Below are positions 49,967 through 62,481 of a stretch of DNA of 64,000 nucleotides, in pieces. This DNA is from Pelomyxa schiedti (Eukaryota > Protista > Evosea). The stretch is from the NCBI GenBank assembly GCA_020536535.1, contig JAHLWZ010000853.1, forward strand, positions 10,090-74,089, read 5' to 3'. The notes under the pieces were generated by a model. The model was not told the DNA's origin, ran no database searches, and saw nothing but the letters and a program-made list of their open reading frames with translations. Made by a program: the position numbers and the translations under genes. Each line of letters opens with the position of its first letter. Position 1 is the first letter of the stretch.

Positions 49967-52900
49967 ATGAACCCCGAGAAAGAGCGAGAGTTGGAGCGGT
50001 ACGTAGTATCACAATGCACGTGGGAGAACCTGCCGCAGCACATACGAGCCAACGTGGAGCACAACCCCAAGAGGTGGCGGGCATTCGTCATCGCTTACAG
50101 CGTGCAGCACCAGCTGCCCTGGAGAACAACTCTCGTGAGGACGATGATTGACGAGAAGGCTTATTACGAGGAGTTACTTCAAAAGAGCCGCTTGTCTCTG
50201 CTGGTTTCCTCTTTCTTGCTTCTTATCTTATTTTGGGTTTTTGGGTTTTTTGAGTTTCGTGGTTTTGTTTCTTTTCCACGCTTATTCGGTTTTTTCTAAC
50301 AAATTTTAGTTGTTTCCTTATCACCTTTCGGATGTATTGGACAAAGTATGCCACATTACTCCTTTCAAGTACTATCACGAAATGATGCTTGATGTTATGA
50401 TTTCTGGTTTTTTTGTAGAGGGATTTTACAAAATTTAACTTTCATCATAGAGAGGTCATATGATGCACTACCAAATTTCACTGCGGCAGACTGTTAGTTC
50501 ACCTTCACATGACACAACAACAAACAAAATCAACAGGTGTGAGACTCCTCAGTATTGGGAGGAATGAATTCATTGACATAATGAACCGATTTCGGGCAAA
50601 AGGTTGGTTGCTTAAAAAGAGAAGAGCAACGATCCGTTCCATGCTTCCTCCACAAACTACTTTCCAGGGTATTTCCCGCTTCTCTATATTTCAATTCTCT
50701 TACACTCCAAAGAACCAGACTATTGGTGGGAAGTGGCTGCCTGTACAGCCACAGAGGACGATTTAAGGGTACCCATTGTTAATCGTATACTGCAACTAAG
50801 AAGTTAATCAGAACCTCCCTGAACAAGAGCACCAAGTTTTACAGCAGCTCTCTACTGGAGTGAAAGCTGCAGGAGAACTTGATAAAGCAACAGTAGTGTC
50901 ACTGTACAAAAAGGAACTTGTTTACATCACTGTTCCTGTGAATAACACTGATCATATTGCTGGTAGTCCCTCCATTTTTTTGAAAAAATCTCAACTTTCC
51001 AGTTCCTCCACTTGAAAATTTTGTTATGAACAGAGTTTTGGGAGATTACTTTGAAAACCTCTTGTACAACGTGTTTGTTTCCATAAATGAGCGCACAACA
51101 GTGGCACAGCTTGCTGAAGTTCTGCAGACCGATGTAGAAAATGTCAAAGTAGACAATATCTGAACCATAAATTGCCACTAAAATTATTTAGCAAGCAGTA
51201 TCGCTGTACATCATGCTAGGCTTTGCAAAGAACAAAAGTGTAGAACCATTGGTGTGTCGGTAGTTTCTTTTTTCGAGTTTTCACCAAGGTTTTGTGATTG
51301 CAGACTTTTGATGCATCAAAAGGCTCCAAGTGGCACCCGTCATGGTTGTCTCATCAAGTGTGTTTCGAAAATAATCGTTCTTTTCCTTATTCTTCAAGCA
51401 TCAACTGCCTCAACAACACAGTGAAACAGAGTCTACTCCTGACCCTGTCTCTGCTGCCAAACTACCCTCAGATCAACCCTCGGGGGTTTCTTCTACTACA
51501 CTGCAGCCCACTGTAATTGATGATGGCAGTAAGTTCTCTTCCTTCTTTTCCCTTCGTTGTCCCAATGTCGTATTAAATCGGCCTCTCACAGCGGAACAGA
51601 GGATAAAAAGAATAGGTTTCTTTTTTGACTCGACTCTGACCGCATTTTTGATGATGGGTAATCTTGGAAGTGGCCTTAAGGTTTCATTTTCTTCCGTTTT
51701 AGGTCCCATTAAAAATGACAGATGCATGCTGTTACAATGTTTGAAGTGGGCAAACTTGCAAACGAAGTCATGGACGATTTTCTTGCCGAACTAAATAAAG
51801 TACCAGCTCACCCTAACTTGTGTTTAACGTCCCAAGGTGAAACAAACAGCTGAAGGTGACGCACAGCGCTATGCGGACCATGCTATTATTTTGAGGTAGT
51901 CGCTGCCTTCGATGTGTCAGGTTTATAACGTTTTGTAGGGAAACACTAGGATTTTTGAGAAAAATTAGCCTTCCTGATTGTGAGGGTTTAGGTAGACTCT
52001 CACCTTATCATTGAATTCTGAAATTTCTCTAGATTTACTACGATGTGAGCGCATCAACACGTTAGATACAGCCACTAAAAATAGGATATCCTTTTTTCAA
52101 TTACATTTTCTTTCTGATTTTCCATAACTGTCTCGAAATATTGCAAAAGAATTACGCCCTACTGATCTCTATGGCACCCATTGCCCCAGATTCTCAGCCT
52201 GTCTCAACATGCACTCCACTTCACTTCGGACCACCTATTCCAGAAGTATGTATTGTATAACAACAAAGGTAGGATGTGAAAACCCACTTTTTTAGATCGA
52301 ATCCAACTGGTTCCGATTTTATGTGTACAAGATTTCTGGCTGTGGTCCTGCCTCTATTTTGTTTCCCAAGGGATATATTGTTAGACGACTTCCAACAATA
52401 TTTGAGGTTTGGCTTTTACCACACTTAGTGCTTATTTACCTTTGTCAAGGGAGTTCAAAAACTGTGTATAATTCCTTGGGACCATGAACCCATAATAACC
52501 AACTATGGGCAAGCTTTACCAGTACTCAACAACAGGCTGAAAAGTAAGCCCGTTCTTGTGCACGCCTACTCAAAATGCAATTCCAACCCCACGTTTGTTG
52601 ACGTTCCATTCCCTCTACCTCGAGAATCTGTTGATTTACTTGGAAATACTACTCCTACTGGCCCAGAGGAAACAGGTACACAATCACAACATCTGAAAAT
52701 AATCATATTTGTCACAGGTTTTAATTCGAAAAACATGCATATGCACCCTGCTGTTATCAAGCTTTCACATAGCTTGTCCCTCGACCATTCCTGTGGTTAC
52801 ATTCGGATGATCAATATACCCTCTGATCATTCTAGTGCGCCCACAGTACCGGTTCAACAACCCGAAGCACTTGTCGACACAGCAGCATCTACTTCACAAC

Positions 52901-53304
52901 CGCATGTTCCAGAAAAAACCGTTCCCACTTCAACCAGTGCAACTCCCACTGATGCCAACTCCTGGATGCCCTTCAGTCTTCACTTTGGAATTCCGCTCTT
53001 CAACCTTCCACTCAACCGCGCCGTTTGCGAACGCATACAGCAGCAGCAACTCTTCTCGGTTGAGAACCTTGCATCGTTCAGTGGCTGGTCCCGCATGCTA
53101 TGCCTGAGACTCCTGGACTTCATTGCCCAGTGCCAATCACCAAGCATTGCACCAAGGGGAACCGGCGGCAACTTATCTGCAACTAGCAGCCTTACAACTC
53201 CTCTACCCCTAAGCAGTGACTCTGTGGTACCATTCCCCACATGTCCTGTACTATTCCATGAAGGCATGTTGTACAAGGCCCAGGACGTTCAATATGGAAA
53301 TTAG
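49967..53304 (+). CDS. FAM91A1: FAM91A1 homologue
   Basis: [114 protein letters not shown]. Confidence 0.93.
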
Positions 53305-53484
53305 GTTCACAACAAATTCAACAGGTGTCTGCCTGCCAACTTTGCCGGCGTTTCACTACGCAAAAAATTTTAAGATGCCAAAGTTCATGTGCAACTCTTG
53401 TCCAGTTATTTTGGTACAAAAAGTGCGGGTAGGCAATCTCGTCCTATTGCAGATTCTCAAGTGACGCTGCCTGTTTGAGTTGAG

Positions 53485-54613
53485 ATGGTAAACGGGTGCC
53501 CCGGAAATGTGTGGCTTGTTGTGCCCATGTCATTCGTCACAGGGATGGGATCTGCTTCTTTAGGAGCCTCAGGTTGAAAGCCACTTTTTTTTTTCCTCAA
53601 CATTTACAATGGACACGCATAGCGTGGATGATGGTGGTGCCCATTTTGCTGTTATTCGAATGTTGGAAGTTGTATGATGTGCTGTTCATTGCGTGCTGTA
53701 TGGACATTGCATCGAGCGCCGCAATGACAGCGGTGTATTTCGAGCAGAAATACATTTGGAAGGCGCCATTATGGCTGGGACTTGCAATGGTGATTGGCGT
53801 TATTGAAATTACTGTCGTTGGCATGTTTTACCACCATCTTACCAGTGTTAATTGCTTACAGTTGCATTGCTTCATAATTTTGCCATGGAAAACCAAGGTT
53901 TGTTCGAGACCTGTTCGGCTGCGATCGCATTTCTTCTTGGCTCTGTGATGTTGATCATGGGCGTTTGTGACATTGTGAATAAGTGTAGGGCCCAGAGAAG
54001 TAAGTCAGGCAACCTGGGCACCAAGTTGAATGACCGAAATCTTGAATCTGCGGCACCTACAAGCACATATGAACGTGACTTGAAAGAGGTCCTCCAGACC
54101 AACCAAAACGATAGGACACATGAGAGGTTACTGAAGCAAGATGAAAGAGGTGAACTCGAGAACACTGATGAAAGAAAGGTGCCAATACAGTGGATTCTTG
54201 CTCGCCGATTTCATGTTCCTAAGGCAATTACCATCACATCATTCGTAATTCTTACCTGTTGCTGTTACTTGACTGTTGGGTTCTTTGGTTGGGGCAGTGG
54301 TGCTTTCAGCGTGATCTTACTGGTCACTCACACTGACATCGCACTGCATACCGCAACAGGAACCTCGAGCTTACTCACTCTGGTCAGCAGTGCTGTATTT
54401 GCTATCAACGTAATAGCATGGAATTTCACAAAAATCTCTCAGTACTGGGAGCTCCTGATTTCACTCGTGGCTGGTCAGCTTGTTGGCACCTTTTGTGGAA
54501 CAGTGATGGTGCTCAAGATCCCAAAACATCTTATAAAGGCTATCATTGGAGCCGTTTTACTGGCTGTGGGCACATCCTCTATTGTTACCTGGTCAATCAT
54601 CAAGCCCGAGTGA
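53485..54613 (+). CDS. TauE/SafE (sulfite exporter-like, TSUP family) membrane protein
   Basis: Two related hydrophobic halves (GMGSASLGASAWMMVVPILLL and VGFFGWGSGAFSVILLV..ALHTATGTS..GQLVGTFCG..IPKHLIKAIIGAVLL) separated by a hydrophilic loop. Confidence 0.65.
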
Positions 54614-54762
54614 ATGAGAGCTGCCACTTCCACCAAGCCGTGTTTGTAAACTACGAAAGAGCATAAACCCTAAAGCGCCAACACAATAAAATTAAGACGG
54701 AAAGGGCTGGGCTTAACCTCCCTTCACAAAAAAGAAAATTTTGCTTCATACGTACGGTCTTA

Positions 54763-57214
54763 TTAGGATTTATTAGATGGTGAGGTGAAGGAGAAGCCCC
54801 CAGGGAAGGTTGTGGGTGGTGGTGCGACGAACTGGAATGCGTTGTTGGCGGTTGGTGCTGTGGTTGTTGTTGTTGGTGCTGCTGCTGTTGCTTCTTCTTG
54901 TGTGTCTCCTTCTGCTACATCCTCGTCTTCTCCCTCTCCCTCTTCACCTTCCTCGCCCTCGCCTTCTTCACCTTCCTCATACTCGCCGTCTTCGTCGCCG
55001 CCTACCTGGAAGTACTGTTCAAGGATGCGTACTGTGCGGTTGTAGATGCGTTCGTTGGCGTGTTCCTCGAGCTCCTCAAGGAGTTCAACTCCATTGGCGT
55101 CCTCGATGACCTGTACGTAGGGGTTTGTGACTCCACCTATAGCTTCGCCGGCCTTGAGTATGGTCTCGATTGTCTGGAGACAGAGTTAAAGGGAATACTG
55201 GAATTTAATGTGGTAGCACCTCAAGAATAACAGTAATCATCTTGTTATCGGCGCATTCGAGAAGAAGGCACATCGGCTCAACGAATCCTTGTGAAATCAA
55301 ATACCTTTTTAAGACGGTCAGCGCTGCAGGTAATTTGAGGAGGAATACCCTATATGCTCCTGACCAACCCCTGCAACGGCGTTACAAATCGCCCAGCACG
55401 CTTCCTTTCGGATCTCCGTGTCTGTATTGCTCATGCATCCAACCAGTGCCGGGACGAGGTGTGCTTGTATCAAGGCGATTACTTGGTCTCTGAAAAAAAC
55501 AGGTTTTAAAATGTGGAGATCTAAAACAAAAAAAAAGTTAAGAGGGTAAAGGATTACCTGGTTCCTGCGGCAATGTTGGACAACTACAAAAGTAAGTTCG
55601 TTTGTGTTAAAGGGGTGAATATTGCATACCACCCAGCATGCCTCCTTTTTGATACATTTCTTAGGATTCTTCAATCTTAGCAAGTGTAAGTGGGAAAAAA
55701 GGCGGAAAAAAAGCATACAGTTCCACCATGGCGGGTAAGATACCAGCCTCAATAACTCCTTGAGTTTGAGCATGTCTGCGAGTATGTTTTGTTGTAACAA
55801 CAAAAAAAAATAGCCACTCACGTGCCAGTAACAATGTTGCCCAAAGCCCGCATAGCCGGAATTTGCATGTTAATGTTGTTTACCCTGAGTAAAGGCACCA
55901 CAACTTGGGGTATTCCAGCTTCTAAAATGGCTTGATTCGGAACCTCACCGCCATCAGTCAGGTAACTCAATCCCCTTCAAAGGTGACGTGAGATAACAGA
56001 CGACTGGGGAAAGTGGAAAAGGATGGGGTTGTACCACAAGGCATCAGTTAAAACATCCATATCGTTATACCGAAGGAGTGCACATAACGTAGGAAGAGCT
56101 TTTTTGGGTACATTGATGTTAAAAAAATACATTAACACTAATAGTAATAACCTGGTTTTAGGGGTGGAAAATCGGGAGCTGGTTTGCCTCTGCACAAGTT
56201 AGAGAATGCCCAGGTCTAAAATGGGTGAGTGGGACCCACAAAAAACGAAGCTCACATACAGCATTTCTTATCAGGGACACAGATGCGGCATCTTGTGCCA
56301 CCAATTTTATTAAAGGTGGTACAATACCAACTCGGATGACATAGTCTCGGTTGGTTGAACTATCTCCAGCTATATTACCAAGACCCCACACAGCCTTGAG
56401 AAAAGAAATGAGTTTAGGGGACCAACTCTACCAGTGGTACCTGCTCTCTTAGCTCTGGATCTGGGGAGTTCATCAACCCAATGAGGAGAGGCACTGCACC
56501 AGCTTCGAGCACTGCCTGAGTTTGTCTGCTATTACCGCTGGCAACTAAACATGCATATTAGCGAGTTGAAGTAAAAATGCATTGGTAACTGTTTGTTATT
56601 GCCCAGGCTGCTTCGAATTGCAATTTTGGGTGTTCGTTCTAAAGGAACTTTATTAAAATTCCACTCCTGAGCCATTACAAATCAGCACACCGCTGTTAAA
56701 AATTGAATCAAACGGGGTAGAATTCCGCTATCAAGAACTTCGGCGATTGGTGGGTTGTGTTCTAAAAGAAGGACAGTTGTTATTTAAAAAAGCCCAATAT
56801 TGCGGACAGATACCAACGGAAAGTAGCTGCCTGATACTTTGTGTTGCAGGGAAGAAAAGTGCAGGATCGGTGCCTCTGCATGCCTTTACCATCTCTTCCA
56901 AACTCTTCGTTGATAATTAGAAGCTAAAAATACAAAATGAAAAAGTTGAGGCTGTTAGCAACCTCGAATTCGGTGTCAGCATCGGGCGTTACGGGAACGG
57001 TTGCGATGGGTTGTTGTGCTGCTGTGGCAGGAGTGCTCTTTGGAACTCGCGAGACAATGTCGGAAACGTTGCGCCGCTTGTTGAGGGATTCTTCTCGCTT
57101 ATTTTTTCGGATTGTTACGGTGAGTTCCTCGCGTTTGCGTCTCACATCGCCGGCATCGAGGCCGTGCTGTTTCACCGCTGATCTATGGGATTGTCGCTGT
57201 TGTTCGTCCGACAT
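54763..57214 (-). CDS. Importin alpha (karyopherin alpha)
   Basis: IBB domain RRKREELTVTIRKNKREESLNKRRNV; ARM repeats QFEAAWAITN, WGLGNIAGD, LRALGNIVTG, KKEACWVVCNI, RKEACWAICNA; acidic tail ending GFSF. Confidence 0.95.
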
Positions 57215-57464
57215 TTCGCTATGTTATCGCTATGAATACTATGGGCAGATCTTGCTGTTAGTGGTCTTGACCGAGATGCCTGGCCGACGATGTGTGCTGC
57301 GGCACTTTAATTTCAGAATTGATAACGCGTCAAGAAAAAAACCGGAGAAATTTGATTTTTCATCCTTACTGTAGATGGCAATTTTCTTTTTGTCATTAAA
57401 GAAGCAGCCGATGCAACTGCATTAGCAATCGATAAAAAGTTGTGCACAAGACTGGCAAAGAAAA

Positions 57465-60292
57465 CTAAGGCGCTCTTGGGATAACAGAAATCCTACCAGA
57501 GCCCTCCATGGTCCTTCCAACACAGGCAACACACTCCACACTGCGGGCCTTCAGTGCTTGAATCAATGCATCCTTCTTATCCATTGGAACGCAAATCAAT
57601 AGCCCCCCACTGGTCTGTGAGTCCGCCAACAGAATTTCGTCAATTGGTGATACCCCAGGTGCAAAAGTTACATGTGGTTGAACATGTAAGAGGTTGTCAC
57701 GGGAACCTGCAGAATGTTGATCTTGGCAGTTGTTGTTCAGAGGGGAAAAAGTACCAGTTGGAATGATATCAGCTACTGCTAGTTCTCTGGCTGATGGTAA
57801 AAGCGGCACGCTTTCTACCCATATTTCTGCATCAATACGGCTCGATCTGGTCATCCCCAGTAAGTGCCCCAAGAAACCAAACCCAGTGATGTCAGTTGCA
57901 GCTACAGCACCCTCGGCCGAGGCAACTTCCCCAGCAGAGCGATTTAATGTAGCCATCCAATGATAGAGTTCTTCTGTGTTACTTTTGGATAGAATCCCTT
58001 TTTTAATGCCTGTGGAAAGTATCCCAGTGCCAAGTGGCTTCGTGAGAATCAAGGAACAGCCAGGTGTGGCGTTGCAATTTCTCAAAACCCTTATGTGTAT
58101 TTAACATGCGCTCAGTAGTGTAGTACAATAAACTTGTTGGGGTTAACAAAGCCTGTAACAGCAAGGCCAAATTTTGGTTCTGTATCATCTACAGTGTGGC
58201 CACCAATAATTGATATCCCCGCTTCATCAGCCTTGTCTTGGGCTCCACGAAGAATTTCATGCAGAACCTGGAGTTGTAAGCAACTCTGGAGTGTGAAATA
58301 ATAGCATATTACCTTCATTGGCAATCTATTCGAGGGAAAGCCAACAACATTAAGGGCAAAGGCAACCGAACCACCCATTGCCCAGATATCACTCATGGAA
58401 TTTGCGGCGGAAATAGCCCCAAACCAGTAGGCACTATCGCATACTGTGGTTTTGTTAGGGGCAATAACTGTGGGAAAAAATTACCTGGAGTGAAGAAATC
58501 TACAGTGCTGACTATAGCTTGATTCTCATTGAGGATGTAGACAGCAGCATCGTCACCCGTTTCAGTCCCAACAATTACATTTGGATCCTTGGTTTTGGGT
58601 TTTGGCAGGGAGGCCAATACCTTCTCCAAGGCCTGAGGTCTCAATTTACATGCGCACCCCATTCCTCGTGTGTACTCAGTTAGTTTGAACTTGGTGACAT
58701 CAGTATCATCATCGTTTAGTAGCACTGGTGCTGTGGTAGGGGTCTGTGGTTGCAAGCGCTTTACAGCAGCAGATGTGATTGCTACGGCAAAATTGATCTC
58801 GCTCAAGGTTGTCGGTCTTCCCACGGAGAATCTCACGGTGCCCATTGCGAACTCCATTGGGACATTCATTGCCTTTGCACAATTAGGTTTAAGTAAGATT
58901 CTTGAAGAAAGCTGAAGACACCTTTAGAACATGTGAGATCGACACACTTTCAGAATGACAGGCTGCCCCAGGAGATGCCGCAACCTTTTCCCCTATTTCC
59001 GATAAAAGAGTGTTTGCCTCAACGCCACGAAAGCTCACACTCAGGGTATTTGGCAAGCACATCTCAGGGTTACCATTAACACGAAATGAGTGAGGGCCAA
59101 GCTCCTTCTCCAGACCCTACAGGGAATAAATATAGATGCAAAGAGAACCAAGGGTGCCTGTCTCAGTGCTTGTTTCATAGAAGTGAAGTGTGCTATATCT
59201 TCATGTAAATGCTGGGTCACAAGGACTGCGGCAGCCCCCAGACCACTAATTTCTAGGACGTTTTCAGTGCCAGCTCTTCGCTTCTGCTCGTGATCAGCCC
59301 CGTGCATAAATTTGTCAAGGGAAATGCCACTGCGAATGAAAAGGGCCCCAACTCCTTTGGGAGCATACAACTATTGTTGGGTTAATTTAAATACATGTTA
59401 AATTTGGAATACCTTGTGACCAGCCATGGACAGGAGGTCGACTTCTAGTTCTCTCACGGAGACAGGAACTTTCCCAATTGACTGCGCTGCGTCAGTATGC
59501 ATCAAAATACCGTGCCTATGTGCAATCCTTGCTATCTCTTTGATTGACTGAACTGTGCCAACCTGGAAATTTTTCACATAATGTACAGATTTTTTCCTTC
59601 AGACCTCATTGTTAGCGTGCATTACACTGATGAGAATAGTTCGTGGAGAAATTGCACGCTCAATATCAACAGGATTAACTGAGCCATACTGGTCAACACC
59701 AACCACAGTGACCTCAAATCCCTGAGTTTGAAGCCACTTGCACACCTTCATTTATCACTAGTTAATTAAACTGTTGTGTGTTCTTAAACACACCTCCAAA
59801 ATAGCTGGGTGCTCAATGGCACTGGTTATGATGTGATTTCCCCTGTTACGATTGGCAAACGCCGCTGCCCATGGACTCGATCAGCATTACCAAAACATCA
59901 AAAAAATGTAACAAGACCAACCTCCTTTGATAGCCCAGTTGTTAGACTCAGTCCCCCCACTTGTAAAAAAAACTTCAGTGACCTCACACCCCAGCATAGC
60001 AGCAATTGACTTGCGTGCCTCCTCCACTGCACTTTGTTAGTTTCACAAACAACAACAACAACAAAAAAAAAGTGGCTCTTGCACCAGCTTTCTTTGTAGG
60101 CCTGCCAAATGCGTGTGAGCTAGAGGGGTTGCCAAAGTGCTGGTACAGGAACGGCGACATGCGCTCCGCAACACGCCCGTCGATGGGGCAGCTCGCGTTG
60201 TAGTCCAGGTATGCACTGGCTCCTCTGGGGCGCTCGTCCTCCTCTGCCTCTTCGGCAGTCTCGTCCCTGCTTTGCCCAATAACGTCCACCAT
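57465..60292 (-). CDS. selD: NifS-like PLP cysteine desulfurase/selenocysteine lyase fused to selenophosphate synthetase (SelD, Cys form)
   Basis: NifS part: [77 protein letters not shown]. SelD part: [70 protein letters not shown]. The junction lies inside one uninterrupted reading frame (58393-58869 ORF). Confidence 0.92.
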
Positions 60293-60423
60293 GTTGAATA
60301 GTGACACTTTTGGAATTTTGACCAGTCACCTGTCAGGTTGGGCGTGTGTAGGAATCTGATGACGTGCATGTCGTTTCACTTCACAAAAGGGTCGTTCCCC
60401 GAAGAGCTGGTAATCAGCCTGAC

Positions 60424-61314
60424 ATGTCCTCTGCGACCGTTGTCCAAGTTGGAAGTCCCCCTGTCCCCGACCCTAGCAATCCAGTACTGGCCTCCAGCAG
60501 CACTGCGGTGGCGCACACGAACCCCCAGCCGAATAATAATGGGACCCGCACGTCTTCAACTGCGGCTCCCACCGCCGCCACCATGGGCGCAACCTTCTGG
60601 GCCTTCCCAGGCACCCTGTTCGGGGCCCTCAAGGCCCGCTGCGCCGCCGAGTGGGCAGCGTACACCCACCACGAGTTCGTCGCCTCCGCGGCGGCCGGCA
60701 CGCTGCGGCCCGAGTGCTTCCGCGCCTACCTGCAGCAAGACCACATCTACCTGCTGCACATGGCCCGCGCCTACGCCCTCGCCGCCTTCAAGTCCGCCGA
60801 CCTCGGCGAGGTCGCCGCCGCCCTGGCCACGGCCAAGGAGATCGTCGACGTCGAGCTGCCCCTGCACCAGGGCTACTGCGCCGACTGGGGCGTCGTCCCC
60901 GGCGCCGACCGCGAGAGGCTGGAGACCACGGCTTACACCAGGTTCATACTGGACACGGGCACCAGGGGCGACATCCTGGACCTGCACGCGGCCTTACTCC
61001 CGTGTGTGGTCGGATATGCCGAGATAGCCGCTGGATTGTCGCCATCTTCGTCCCACGGCAAGCTGGAATCTGGCGATTGCGGGTGTTGCGGTGGCAACAT
61101 GTATGCCAAGTGGATAAACACATATGCAGGGTCGAGATACTGTGACCTTGCTCAGGATGCTGTTGTCAACTTTGACAAACTAGCCAAGTCACGTGGCGTG
61201 GTGGTCGATGGCGATGGCCTGTGCTCTAGCCCCAGGTTCAACAGTCTGTTGGAAATTTTCAGGACTTCGACTTTGCTTGAGGCCTCCTTTTGGGATATGG
61301 CACTCAAAAACTAA
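60424..61314 (+). CDS. tenA: Thiaminase II / aminopyrimidine aminohydrolase (TenA family), intronless
   Basis: HEFV..GTL..FRAYLQQDHIYL..ARAYA..ELPLH..TAYTRF..ALLPCVVGYAEI..YAKWINTY..LEASFWDMA. The catalytic Cys is present. Confidence 0.9.
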   Translation: MSSATVVQVGSPPVPDPSNPVLASSSTAVAHTNPQPNNNGTRTSSTAAPTAATMGATFWAFPGTLFGALKARCAAEWAAYTHHEFVASAAAGTLRPECFRAYLQQDHIYLLHMARAYALAAFKSADLGEVAAALATAKEIVDVELPLHQGYCADWGVVPGADRERLETTAYTRFILDTGTRGDILDLHAALLPCVVGYAEIAAGLSPSSSHGKLESGDCGCCGGNMYAKWINTYAGSRYCDLAQDAVVNFDKLAKSRGVVVDGDGLCSSPRFNSLLEIFRTSTLLEASFWDMALKN

Positions 61315-61472
61315 ACGTAGGAATGAAAAAGTGTTGCGACCCAGTCTTCTGCGCTGTTACGGTCAGTGTATTGTTTAAAGATCTCCGCCAATGCCTGTGC
61401 GTAGTGTTCAGTGTCTTGTAGGCCCCAGAGTATCCTAAACAAACCGTTTTTTGGTTCCCTGCCAAACAAACA

Positions 61473-62356
61473 ATGGCCAAGATCCCGTGGTTGAGGTTGG
61501 TGCTGGTCGGCGTAGCACTTGGAGCTCTTACAGGAGGCGACATCGATCGGTGTAACGTCGTGCCCAAAAACACGTTGCCGGAGCCTGATCCGCGTGCCGT
61601 CGCGTCTTTGTGGTGGGACTTGGCCGTCATGGCCTACCCTTGCGTTTCTCTATTGTGGGACACATACAAACGGAGGCCGCCAGTGGGTGCAAGAACGAAT
61701 CAAAACAAAAAAATCCGCCAAGCAAAACTACGTGATACAAGAAGCAGCAGCACATCACACGAGTAATTTCATAGCTCTCTAACGAAACCAAAAAGAATTG
61801 GAACAAACTTGCCATTCCTGTCTTTGTGGCTTGCTGGTACTCTGTTTTTTACCTATTGTGCGCGGTTTTGAGGGAGTGCATTGTGGATAACCTGTGCGGG
61901 CGTCCAGGCCGCTCCAACAGTATCAGTGGACACTTTGTGCTCTACATTTTTCACGTTCTGGCTATGTGGGATATACCTCGCCTGTGGCACTGGAAATTCT
62001 CTTCTGCCTGCTCTGATTCTGAGCAGAGTTGCTGCGTTGAGTGCATGCGCGTTACTCCCATGTTTCTGTACTACAACGCTTTCGTTTGGTACTCTTTCAT
62101 GTCATTTGTGGTGTTGGAAGCCACCTGGCTTTATGGGTATCACACAGTGAGGCAGATAGCTTATGGCACCATCCTGGGTGTTATTGGGGAGTATTTGTGC
62201 ATGGTAGTGTTGAAGAAACTCAGGTTCCCACATCATGAATACTCACGCAGAGTTGCTATTATACTGGGGTGCATAGCAGTTATGACCTCGCTTTTACTTG
62301 TTGGTCCCTTCCGTACATTCCTTCCAGCCACGGGTTGGGAAATTACAAGGTACTAG
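61473..62356 (+). CDS. FIT/Scs3-like (PAP2-superfamily) membrane phosphatase
   Basis: NSISGHFVLYIFH (C2-like SGH) and ATWLYGYHTVRQIAYGTILG (C3-like His) among several TM helices. One probable intron near 61763-61800. Confidence 0.6.
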
Positions 62357-62481
62357 GCATATGTTTTTGAAATTACATGCTGATGAAGTAACAGATTTTT
62401 GGTGTGCTATGCCATTGTATTATCATTAGCCCTCAAGGTTTCGAACCCAAAAAAAGGCTACGAGCGAGTGCCATCCTAGTC

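Noticed and set aside
54785-55109. Ser/Pro-rich plus-strand ORFs
   Set aside because: Antisense of the acidic (EGE)n and Q-rich tail of importin alpha.
58640-58680. Selenocysteine (UGA) in the SelD active site
   Set aside because: The codons read GGG TGC GCA TGT AAA (G-C-A-C-K), so this is the Cys form. I could not identify a SECIS by eye.
57465-61314. Bacterial contamination explaining NifS-SelD and TenA
   Set aside because: NifS-SelD has multiple spliceosomal introns of the same style as its neighbours and is contiguous with importin alpha.
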